Of a stretch of 64,000 nt of DNA, positions 24,592-35,622 are shown piece by piece. Made by a program: the position numbers and the translations under genes. The stretch comes from Cirrosporium novae-zelandiae (Eukaryota): the NCBI GenBank assembly GCA_026023565.1, contig JAPETS010000021.1, positions 1 to 64,000 of the forward strand. Reading direction: 5' to 3'. Numbering within the stretch: the stretch's first letter is position 1; each line of letters begins with the position of its first letter. The notes under the pieces were generated by a model that was not told the origin of the DNA, did not search any database, and was given only the letters and a program-made list of their open reading frames with translations.

Positions 24592-27500
24592 AAGGCTCCA
24601 GGCCTCCTGGAACTGATAACCCTGGTATGAGCATTCTGTAGTTGAAGAATTGATGATGGGATCTGACGTCTGCTCGGGGTAATCGCTTCCGGTTACCGGG
24701 TGAGAGCGGAAGTTTAACGTTACACATCCCATCTTCAACACCAGGAATTCCCGCATCCTTCCTTTCCAATGTCTCTGCGTATGCGCCAGTGGTGATATGA
24801 CATGACGACTGAAAAGGGATATTGCTTCTTCACCTCAATCTGTCTGACATAGATATCGAGCCATCTACATTTACCCGAGACCTGAATCGCCGATACAGAT
24901 ATTCCCCGACTTGAGGAACTCCTTGAGTCGTAAACGCATGCACACACCATCATCAACCTCTCACGATGTCCCTTTAATTCTCCAACGCTTTAATATGGCT
25001 TACTATTATTGCATTGCATCGGTGTTTGGTGGGTTCTGACTGTTTTACGGTACACCTGGCGTTTGCTATTGATATATGAAATGAGAGGTTGAGAATATCC
25101 ATGATGATAGCATTTTATGGGTTTTTCAGCGCTAGGGCATAATTATTGTTTTGTTTTGGGAAAAAAAATTGTTTGAAAAGGCATTTTTCAAGAGGGACTA
25201 GCATACCCCCCCCCCCCCCAGTGGCACGCGAGTGTTTACTATTCTTCCGGATTTTATGTTTTGGAGTTTAGAAAGGAACGGAACAACCCGGGGTTTTGGG
25301 AACATGGGGGAAAGGGAAAAAAATACCAAAAACGAACAGGGGTGAAAAAAGGCTTTGTTTCATTGTTGAAAGTTAAGGTGTAAAAACTTGAAGTGTCTTT
25401 TTGGAGTTGTTGATGCTATTGTGGCATTGTGCTTTTTTTCCTTATTTGTTGAACCATGAAACGGAGATCACGAAGTGTTATGACCCCTAAAAGCCTTTGT
25501 TGGGATCCCCCTTTGAAAAGCTAAAGATTGAAATGGCATTTTGAACGCGAGAATGAGAATGAGGGAATGAGAATAAGATGTTTAGGGGGAGTTCATTGGT
25601 TGGTGGGTGGGTAGGATTAGGGGGTACCACGGGGACAGGCAGGCATAGAGAAGGAGAAGGAGGAAGGGGGATTGGGGAGAGGGAAGGAAGTGCAAACGAA
25701 ACCATCACACGCACTCACACATGGAGCGTTTTAACAAAAAGAAATTTCTCTTCTTATTCCCCTATTGTCTTTCTATTTTTTTTGTTGTTTTCAAAAAAGA
25801 AATAGAGATGGGAAATGGGAAATGGGAAATGAAAAGAAACGCCCTACAGCTACTATTATTATTATTATTACCTATTATTATTATTACCTATTATTATTAT
25901 TACCATCAGTACTGGTTACTATCTATCTACTCTTCCTCTGCTCTTCACATAAATTCAAGTTCAAGTTCCTTTTTGTTTTGTTTGTGTATAGAATATATAG
26001 AGATTAGAGAGGATGGATATATCAAGGGGACGACGGGGGGTGATGATGATTTCCCCCCTCTCTCCTCTCCTCCATTTTTTCTCTCTTTCATTTCTAAAAT
26101 GATAGAAATGAATATATATGTACTATGTTGATAATTCATTTTTTTATTGTCCTGTATAAACGGTTTGGCCCTTTTTCAAGTTTATGGTGTTTATATGGTG
26201 GATATTGAATGGAAATTGATTGAGTGAATGAACGAATGAATGGATGGATGAGTTATAAAAAATGGGGATGGAGATGGGGATGGGGATGGGGTTTTTGTGT
26301 GTGTGTGGTTGATTGGATTGGTTATCAATCAAGATGTATGTATATTTTAGTCAAGTAAATCATTGTAAATTATTAAACCCCAAGTAATAAATAGTATATA
26401 GTATAGTATAGTACAGTACAAATATATATAATTGGTCAATCGATAGGTGGTCTCTTTTTGTCGATGCGTGCGTGTTGTATATAGGATGGGGATTTTTTTT
26501 TCTACATTTCTATATTTATATTTATTTATTTATATGTACCTAGATAACAAACACTACAATATGAACAAAGTAAAGGTCCTCCCCCCCTCCCCCTCCCCCT
26601 CCTCCGGTTATCTGAGTCGGTTCCCGGGAGGTTATGGATCTATTTATGGTTATGGTTATGGATATGTTTACAATGTGCTTGATTGCTTGAAGATTTGGTA
26701 CTTTGAATACGAAGTTGGAGGAACGAATTTATCTATCCATATGAGATATATAGACTATACATAGTCTGAGAGAGTGGACGACGGGCCGAGTCGAGATGAG
26801 ACGAGACGAGGAATTATGATTATGGTTATAGTTATGGTTATGGGGATGGATTTGATGGACGCGTGGAATGGGTGAATTCTATCCTATCCTAACCCTATAT
26901 CTATCTCATCCCCCTTCCAAGAAAACTCAAGAAAGAAACAAAAAACCAAAGGGAGAATAATAATAAACCTGAGTTACATAGAAACATAGATACATACATA
27001 CAAGGTATATAGTACATAGTACATAAATCCCTTTGTATGTGTGAGACAGTACACGAGTCCATGGCATGGCACACGCGAGAGGGTCCATTGCACGCGCGTT
27101 CACATGCCACACATGTGAATCCTATATAGAGTATATCTATCTGTGGAGTGCGTGGGGGGATTCGTGGCCTCTTTCACTCACCTCATCCCAGATCTCCATA
27201 TTTAGAGATATAAGTCCAAGTATAAGTAGTAGTGGTGATGGTAGTCGTCGCCATCACCACCATCGTCGTCGTCGTCGTTGCTAGAAGTAAATATTCCAAA
27301 AAAAAAAAGGTAATTACCAATAAAGTTATTATATTTTTTCGTGTTCGTATTCGTAATCGGGCCTTTTTTGGGGCTTTTTGGTTTTTTGGGACGCCTCTTT
27401 TTTTCTTCTTTTTTCTTTTTTGGCTTGCGGAAGTGTAATAAGGTGCAAATGTAAGTTGTGAGTGGGAGGGAATGTTTATTGTTTGGGTTAGTTTGTTTGG

Positions 27501-27959
27501 ATGATAGGTGGGCGGACATGTCAGGTTGGTTGGTTGGTTGGTTTAGCTTGGGGGTAAGGAAAGAGGGGGGGAGTTGGTTGATTGGTTGCCTTGTTGTGGG
27601 CGATTTGGGGGTTGTATAATGTATCGATGTATATAGGTATAGGTACGTGGTGATATGTGTGTACTGTACGGCCGTATATTGTACCTATACCTTGTGTGCT
27701 AGAAAAAGAAGACGGAAATCAACGACGGAAGTGCTTGCGAGTGTACCACCACGCCGGTTAAAAAAAATGAGAGGAAAAAAAAACTGAAAATGTTAATTCA
27801 TCTGGAAAAGCAAATTTTGGATTGGGATGATGGATGTGGGGTGGCACGATGGGATAGTGAGACAGCAAATGGAATAAAAGCCAACACAAAATTAGATGGG
27901 AATTATCAAAGGAGTGTTTGGAAGTATCTAAGCGAACCCCGGATGAAGAGAAAAAAAAG

Positions 27960-28302
27960 TTCGTACGTTTGTTCATTCTCGCACCGAGATTCCCCCTGAG
28001 GAAAAAAAAAAGGCTTAATTGCTCTTTGAGCCATATGGGGCTTCGTGGGCTTGCTGGTGGATGGAATGGGCTTATTGGTATTGAGTTGGGGGCGTTGCAG
28101 ACCTGCAGGAGGGGGTGAGGTGTGTGAACAATGGAAAAGTATAACTCTCTTTTTTGCTGTGAGAGTATGCTTGTACTTACATGATATGCGCAAATCCTGC
28201 GGAGAGACTCGAAAGAGTTTCTGACAAAGACGGGGAGATCGTGAGATGTAATGTGGGAGCGCCCCTCGGGCTCAACGAACCCGATGCAGGGCAAACATCG
28301 AG
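27960..28302 (+). ncRNA. Nuclear RNase P RNA-like gene (CR-I region atypical or interrupted)
   Basis: P1 GTTTGTTC(27967-74)/GGGCAAAC(28289-96). P2 TCTCGCA(27977-83)/TGTGGGA(28252-58). P3 CCCC/GGGG plus GGCTTAA/TTGAGCC with an ATAT internal loop. P10/11 TCCTG/CGGGG. CR-II AGAGA and CR-III TGACA flank a GAAA-capped P12. CR-IV-like TGTAAT. CR-V ACCCGATGCAGGGCA (consensus ACnnRAnnCnGnnUA). T9 run at 28319-28327. A-box-like TGGCACGATGG at 27842. Confidence 0.65.
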
Positions 28303-28461
28303 TAGATTAACATTTTCCTTTTTTTTTCTAGCTGGTTGGATTGGATTAGATTTATTTACCTCTAAGCTTCTAGAGGCGAGACCCTCGAAGCCAGAGATGG
28401 GGGTGGGATGGGAGTTCCTAGCAGGATGTTTTTTCCTTCCATGGTTAGGAAATTTATGTGG

Positions 28462-28920
28462 CTAGAATGTTAAAGGCCAACGTTTATCAGTCTTACTCGA
28501 GGTATGTTTGCATATAACGCTATGATGATCAGATCGAGACGGGGCTGATTGCCGGGGAACTCCTCGGATCTGGGAACGACATCTAGAACGGAGATATAAG
28601 GTCGGGGTTAAGCCCTCTTTCCCATCAATAGATTTTTCCCGGCAGATGAATTCGGCGGATGTTTTGCGTATTAAGCTTAAAATGCCATTGTTAAACTGTG
28701 TTTCTATGAGTTTAGTGCAGCCGTCATCAATTTTCCGCCTGAGTGGACCAGATGCGCTGGCACGGCTGGCTCCCAATTCGATGTTGCTAGGAAGAGCTTC
28801 CGCGGAAGGGCTACTCATATGCCGGTGGTGGGGAGAGACTGGTCTAGGCGGGGGTGGTCGAGATGGTGGTTGTGAAGATGGCGGATGAAGTGGAGTTTTA
28901 GATGAATAGAAAGGTAGCAT
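28462..28920 (-). CDS. Possible small orphan ORF (152 aa, Pro/Ser-rich)
   Basis: ATG-initiated ORF in normal-complexity DNA. No recognisable domain, so it may be spurious. Confidence 0.2.
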   Translation of the reverse strand: MLPFYSSKTPLHPPSSQPPSRPPPPRPVSPHHRHMSSPSAEALPSNIELGASRASASGPLRRKIDDGCTKLIETQFNNGILSLIRKTSAEFICREKSIDGKEGLTPTLYLRSRCRSQIRGVPRQSAPSRSDHHSVICKHTSSKTDKRWPLTF

Positions 28921-30922
28921 GAGTCATATAAGTCCTTGGAGAGTACTCTAAATGCATTGGCTCACCACTCCTTGGTGTTAAAAAGGACTCAAAGACTGTC
29001 TTGTTCTGAGTATTCGAGTGGTGAGCGCATTCATTCACTATTGTTTAACTTGAAGTTTCACTATTTCATTATCGAGGAGCTCAGAGGATTTGGTTAGTCA
29101 TTTCCAGATTGACCAAATCATGATGGAAGCTTGAAGAGTTGAATTCGGATATTCCGCTAAAGAGAGATGTTGGTGATGCTCAAAGGTATTTAAATCATGT
29201 ATCCATTCCCGCTCAGTTTCTCCCGGTTTTGCAGCAGGGTCTGAGGGGTAGATACCTTTCCTTGCAGGCCTCGTATATGGTATATGTCCCATGATGACTT
29301 CACGCTTGTTGCCCTACAACAGTACTAAACAGGAATAAGGATGTGGTGGACTTGATGATGCTCCTAGGCTGCTGTCCAAGCCACATGATTGAAAGTAGGT
29401 GATTCCTGGATAACGATTCATGTTTGGAGCAAGTGAACGTCTTGAAGACCATGAGATGACCAAAGACGTAAGCGAAGGTGACAGGCTAGATATCCCCAAC
29501 TCGCAATGTTTTTACTCATGATGAATGGAAATTAATAAGCGATCTTGTGCAAATTTGATGAATTTGTCGTGAAAGGGTGAAGGTGATGAATGATGGACGG
29601 TGGGTGGTAGGGGGAATAATTGAATGAAAGGTTACTCAAAACATGAGCTCCACAGTCTATAAGATGAATATCTGCTGGATCCCCCCCATTCTGTTTCATA
29701 TTTTTTGAAACATGAGATGTTCCAACAACCTGATCCATGCATATGCTTAGGGATGAAGGAAACATGGAAAACGCTCTTGTTGACTCATCATGAATACTCA
29801 TGAACGACTGGAGACTGTGTAACCCTGTAAGTGAAATTCAAAGGTGATAATGTCGCCACATCGGATGTTGATACCCTGCAGCAAACTCTGATATTCAATA
29901 TCATGTCAAAAATAGATTCACAGCAGTCCGTGGATGGTTAATCTGCAGCATATCTCAACCGTGACACATATTCAGAACAAATCAGAAATTCGAAATGCCA
30001 TCATTATATCATCTGATCCATCCACAGATGAGAATTAGCCCAGATATATCTAAAAATAACTCTGACAAATGTGCTCTTTGTTTTGAGAATGATGAAGATG
30101 AAATATGTTTGGTGAGAATGGCACTGGAATGGCCACCGGTGGTGGTGTTGAAAAAATCAGATAAAGTTTTCGCAATGACATCATGGGACCCTAATCCCAA
30201 GCAATCCGAGCAATCCGTGCAATCCCAAGTCTTGCTGGTCATTCTCTTGCATCAATTGAGAAAAGTAAGGTACACAGAAAAGGTGAAGATGACGACGACC
30301 AGAAATCTTATTTGATCTCTAATCAAGCAATCATCAGTCTATCAATGGATTCACTGAGCTGAAAAGTGTAAATGGACCTTGAAGCATGTCAAACCTTTGT
30401 TAGGTTTCATCTTTATTGATCCCCATGGACCCTCCCACAGCATCCATCGCATTCACAGCGTTCACCCCATCTTCTAGAAAAGTAATCATGCTTGTTAGGC
30501 TGACGGATCTACCCCTTCACATTGGGGAAGGGGGATCGGTATTCTGTTCCGAAAGTTATTTCCTCTTCCTTTGAATCCATCAGTCAATCATGTAGGAGTA
30601 TCCCCTGGTACCCCTTTAGATATCTTGAAACTGGTGCAGTAAGCCGAAGTATTTTGCATTCTGACATGAACGCATTAAAATCTTCGCATCTCTTGAAGAA
30701 ATGTCTTGCCCGAGACAGCAAAAGAGCAAAAGAGCAAAAGAGCAAAAGAGCCAAAGAACTTGACTTTTGTGAACATAGCCCCCAAGTATTCACATTGCAT
30801 TTTCCCACTGGTGTTTCCTACTGTATTCATTCAACTCATTCCTCTTTCAACACCATTCATTCATATCTTCAGTTATTGGTTTATTTTCTTTCTGAGCCCT
30901 TCGGCTTGTATCATATGCACAA

Positions 30923-33900
30923 ATGCCCACCAAATATTCTCACAGTGCTGTCATATCCCATTACGCTGACCTGGGGTTGATCAACAATCCTCCAACTGTT
31001 TATAATTCGACCTCGAAAAAAGTGTCTCGGTTACCTCAACCTGGGTCTTTCAATAAGGTGGCCACCAGCTCACCCATTCCCTCATCCACTTCATCTGGCA
31101 ATGGCTCTTTAACAAGTTATCATACTGCTGCTAGCACACTTTCGCCCAGTTCCGACTCGTCACCTGCTTCACGTCATCCTACTCCAAAAGTAAATAAAGG
31201 ACTTCAGTCGCAAGCAAAGGAAAAAAACGAGAAGCGCAATCGTTTTGATAAACAACCCACACAATTCAATCATCTTCCCTCTACCAGAACAAGCTCCGCT
31301 AGCACCTCTTCTCGTCCAACCTTGAACCCCAAAACATCCAGCACACCAAGTTCAAACACAAGCAAGATGCCCAGAAAAACAATAAGACACCACGAGAGTC
31401 GTCGGGATTTAAATAACGCAACACCTAGGGATCGCAAAAACAGCGAGATTCCCAAATTGCCTGCGCAAATACCATCGGATCGAAGGGGGCGAATAAATGT
31501 TAAAGTGAGATCTTCGCAAGACCAAGCTAAAGTATCAGACTCAGCTTCTGATCTGAACTCACAGTCAAAGCCAAACCTGAGCGCAAGACAGTTACTGCAG
31601 CGTTTCACTGATAGCTCTAAGACTTCTGCGAATCAATCCTCTATTAGATCTAAAATATCTGCTCCTACAAATTTTAGGAGAGAGAATCCTTTGGCGGATT
31701 GGAACCAAACTTTATCACTTTCTCCCACCAAACTTGGATACAATGTCTCCACGACCGAGATGGTAGGGAATTCTGCTGAAGACGAGATCCAAAAATCAAC
31801 AGTGACATTTGATGATGACAATGAACTCCCCCCCCATGCAACTTCAGATTTCACATCTGGATTCATAGATTCTCGCCTTTTGCGTGTACACGAAGGCCTC
31901 TCTTCTACAGAAGTTAACTTCAGCATCCCTTATAATAGGGGTATTGTAGATGGAAAGGTAAAAGTCAATCCATCGTATCGGCAACGACGAGCCGATTCTC
32001 CTGTCTCCCAACAGACTCAAATACGTACGCCTTTCTCACGGTCTAAGATATCCCATTCCTCTCCCCTTGCTCAAAGTGCTAGAAAATTCTTGCAACGGCC
32101 TCAAACCTCCCTACCACGCGGTAGATCTCCTCCAGCTCCTCCACCATATCTCAGACGTAAAGCAGTGCCACCGCCCATAAAATCACCCCTTCCAACATCC
32201 GAGCATATAAATATTTTGCCGACCAATGAGGGCGTTCATGGATCGCATCCCCCAGTCTCTTATATACCAACTACGAAATGTCATAGGCACACGAGTTCAG
32301 CTGGTTCAGCAAGCACATCCGGTGGTCCACTGTCATCGCATCCACCCTTTCTACCCCTTTGTTGCCCGCCAATAATATTAGATTCTGTTGATACCCATGA
32401 AAGCTCTGTCAACAGAGAGCATGAGTTAGACTCTACCCCCCCATCTCCTCAAACGCCACCACTTTCCAGCACACCTCCCTCGACGCAACTGCTTGACCCC
32501 TCCCTATATTTCTGGGCCTCCGTTGTACCATCCGATGCGGAAGCTAGATTGTCAACTGAACTGGATGCTCCATCTTCTCAGGTTTCATCAAAGAACCTAT
32601 CAAAGGATACTAATGTTCGCCCTTGTTATGTTAAGAAAAGAGTAGATGAGCAGGACGGGGACGTGGAGGATAGCTTTCCACCAGATATTCAGACATACAA
32701 TCCCCGGCAACCCAAGTATGCGCTTCCCATATCTCAGACATGGAAAGGAAAGAGATGCAAATCCAGGAGTGATCGGAATGAAGGAGATGATCATTTGAAT
32801 ATGACTGTGAAACAAATTCGGGGAGAAAGAGAGAAGCAGCCCGATGAGACGAACAACCCCAGCGTGGTTAGAGGAAGGACACTTCCTACAAAGGATAAGA
32901 GAAAGAGAAATAGCTTCTTGGGTCTAGGAGCTAGCTTGGGAAATATGCTTTCTCTCTCATCATCGTCAAATCAAAGAACAGCTGACGGGACAAGGCAAAT
33001 CCAAGGAACTGGGACCGGCGTGAGAAACAATGACAACCGGCACGAAGTTGAGGCCTCAACGATCGAGGACAGGGACATGTACCATGGAACTAACAAACAC
33101 GAATATCATGGCCTCACTCAAGATGCTGTTATCCCTCAGCCCGATACTACATTTCCACTCGCTTCTGAACCCATAAGCAGACCTCTACCAACAAAGCCCA
33201 GTGCTATAAAGAGGAGAAGTAGAACTAGGCTAGATATCCTCAAACTCGTGGCTGCCTCTCCCTCTCCCTCCGAAAAGCTCACCAGCGAAAGGGTCCTCAA
33301 ACCCTCCTCGCTCCCAACAATCCCAAAGCCACCCGTTACAACCACCATGAATTGTTCCAGACCCATGATACCAAGAGCGAACCCCAGATGGTCCAAACCC
33401 GAACCACCTACCCGTTCTTCATCCCTCAAAGTCTCGACCGCATCTCCACCCAGTCACCCGGATGAATCTGCGAAAAAAAGCATTCCCAGATCCAGCCTTT
33501 CCATCAAACGCCCTACCCAGCTCCCGAAACCGAAGCAGAAATCCATCCTCCGCACCAAACCCGTCGCCGAAACAATCGCCAACACAAACGCTGACACCAC
33601 CACCAACCTCGACCTCCCACTTCCCCCACCCATCCGCATCCCGGGAGACACACCCACCTCCACTGGCATGGCCAGCGTAACCAGTTCTCCACGCCTCCAC
33701 TCAGAAATACCAATCCCGCGCGCACGCCATGAGTCGGCCATGATAGCTCCATCGCCACTCTCTCAGGACCCCACCTTCGGAAACGCTTGCCAAGCACCAG
33801 CATTAACAACAAAACTTCCATCACAACGCCACCGCTCCACCTCCCAAGCCTCAGCAAAAACCATGGCATCAACAAAAACCACGGCCTCAACAAAAACCGC

Positions 33901-34087
33901 GGCCTCAATAAAAACCGTGGCCTCAAATTTCTTTTCCGACTTCAACTACGACGACCGTCCATCTCATCGTTCTCGGTCTCGTTCTCGTCCTCGTCGTCCA
34001 TCAGGCGCGTCCGCGTTAACAACTGCGTCCTCTCTGTCCTTGCCACCATCCGCGTCGACCTACTATTACGCATCTTGCTATGCTTAA
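30923..34087 (+). CDS. Large intronless Ser/Pro/Thr-rich, probably disordered hypothetical protein (1054 aa)
   Basis: A 3.2 kb uninterrupted ORF is very unlikely by chance. No domain recognised. Contains a CRIB-like ISAPTNFRR segment and C-terminal 6-aa repeats (ASTKTT-like). Confidence 0.75.
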   Translation: MPTKYSHSAVISHYADLGLINNPPTVYNSTSKKVSRLPQPGSFNKVATSSPIPSSTSSGNGSLTSYHTAASTLSPSSDSSPASRHPTPKVNKGLQSQAKEKNEKRNRFDKQPTQFNHLPSTRTSSASTSSRPTLNPKTSSTPSSNTSKMPRKTIRHHESRRDLNNATPRDRKNSEIPKLPAQIPSDRRGRINVKVRSSQDQAKVSDSASDLNSQSKPNLSARQLLQRFTDSSKTSANQSSIRSKISAPTNFRRENPLADWNQTLSLSPTKLGYNVSTTEMVGNSAEDEIQKSTVTFDDDNELPPHATSDFTSGFIDSRLLRVHEGLSSTEVNFSIPYNRGIVDGKVKVNPSYRQRRADSPVSQQTQIRTPFSRSKISHSSPLAQSARKFLQRPQTSLPRGRSPPAPPPYLRRKAVPPPIKSPLPTSEHINILPTNEGVHGSHPPVSYIPTTKCHRHTSSAGSASTSGGPLSSHPPFLPLCCPPIILDSVDTHESSVNREHELDSTPPSPQTPPLSSTPPSTQLLDPSLYFWASVVPSDAEARLSTELDAPSSQVSSKNLSKDTNVRPCYVKKRVDEQDGDVEDSFPPDIQTYNPRQPKYALPISQTWKGKRCKSRSDRNEGDDHLNMTVKQIRGEREKQPDETNNPSVVRGRTLPTKDKRKRNSFLGLGASLGNMLSLSSSSNQRTADGTRQIQGTGTGVRNNDNRHEVEASTIEDRDMYHGTNKHEYHGLTQDAVIPQPDTTFPLASEPISRPLPTKPSAIKRRSRTRLDILKLVAASPSPSEKLTSERVLKPSSLPTIPKPPVTTTMNCSRPMIPRANPRWSKPEPPTRSSSLKVSTASPPSHPDESAKKSIPRSSLSIKRPTQLPKPKQKSILRTKPVAETIANTNADTTTNLDLPLPPPIRIPGDTPTSTGMASVTSSPRLHSEIPIPRARHESAMIAPSPLSQDPTFGNACQAPALTTKLPSQRHRSTSQASAKTMASTKTTASTKTAASIKTVASNFFSDFNYDDRPSHRSRSRSRPRRPSGASALTTASSLSLPPSASTYYYASCYA

Positions 34088-35622
34088 CCTGTCATTTGAC
34101 AGCTATATATCTACATTATAGAACGGCCACTACAGTATATATCTCCCCCTAAACTAGTTCCCAGTTCTAGAAAACCTTCCTCGGTTGATTAATTAACTAA
34201 CCTTAACTAGCCTTCTAGGTTTTCGAAGCTCATTCTCCTTTAAATTTCCCCTGAGCCCACACATTCACCGGGCAATGCCTAGATGGCATTGGGGGCCTAG
34301 ACGAGAACGAAAATAAATGCGAAAACGAGACCACCATCACCGCCACCACCAACACACTCCCACTCAGATAAACAACAAAATAGCATAAAGAAACGAGACC
34401 TTTACCACATATCTATCCATCAGTATACATACCAAACCTAACCCCCCAACACCAGCAACTCCCCACAACCCCACGAAAATACGACCCACTCATGAAACCG
34501 GAACCAGGAAACAAGGAACCAGGAGTTTGGGATTCAATCGAAAGCATTTTTTCTTTTTTTTTGCCCCATTAAACATACGATGTACGCATATGATGGGTGG
34601 ATGTATTGCAGGCGGCGGCGGCGTGTTTTGTTATTATGTTTGCTTGCTTTGCTTGCATGTTATGTTATGGTATGTTACTGTTTACTGCTGCTGCTACAAG
34701 AAGAGTAGCTAGCTACGATTACGACAACAACAATAACGACGGCGGTTAGAATTTCCTCTTTTTTTTTTTTTTCAATTCTCTTTTTTTTCTAGTCCACTTT
34801 TTAATGAGCGAGCGAGCGAGCGAGTAAACGAACGAAGGAGTACATGAAATGAGTACATGGAATAAATCCCTTCTTACCCGTCGGACGGACGCACGCACAT
34901 AAATACTTGATTCGAGTTGTTCTGTACATGTACATTAGGTAGTTCGTTAGTTTACATGAGCCGTTTTTTATTTCTGTTTTCTCTAGACCTAGTTTAGTAT
35001 TAACTTACAAATTTGTAATGAATGCAGGAATGAAATGAATGACTTCACACGCTTCTACTTACGACTCAACCATCCATATCTCTGTTTAAATCCCACTACA
35101 AACAAAAAAAGAAACCCCCCATCTAAAAACCTGATCCAATACAAGTAAGTCCTAATCCTACCAAACCCATATCTACAAATATAATCAATCCAAAGATGCA
35201 TGTGTATACCTAAACCTAAACTACCTAACCCTATATAACTATACCTATCACTTCTGAGAAATTATCCTCCTAAACGAAATATACAAAAAAAAGAAAGAGA
35301 AAATGGGGTGGGAGGGGGGATCCATTCTCATCACCACCAAAAAAAATCAAAAGGTATATATATATATATACTCGCAATAAGACCAATCAACAATCAACAG
35401 TCAAAAAAACGTCAAGAAAAAAGTATACCTAATCTACCTCCTCCCATTACCCTTCGTTTCCCCCTTCATCCCTTCATTCAAACATCTCCATTACCCTCAA
35501 TCGAAAATAAAACACCAAAAGAATGCATGAAAAAACGGACATAGTACCTACTACGTCCCCAAAAATCGATTATACCAACCTCTATCCTTCTTCTTTTCAT
35601 CATCTCCAATCTCCAAACATTT

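Noticed and set aside
25200..27700. Many short hydrophobic or low-complexity ORFs in microsatellite islands (also 47000-48200 and 57300-60200)
   Set aside because: They derive from simple repeats, with no domains or consistent splice structure.
28171..28185. TACTTAC resembling the U1 snRNA 5' end
   Set aside because: It lacks ACCTG, stem-loop I and the Sm site, and lies inside the RNase P-like locus.
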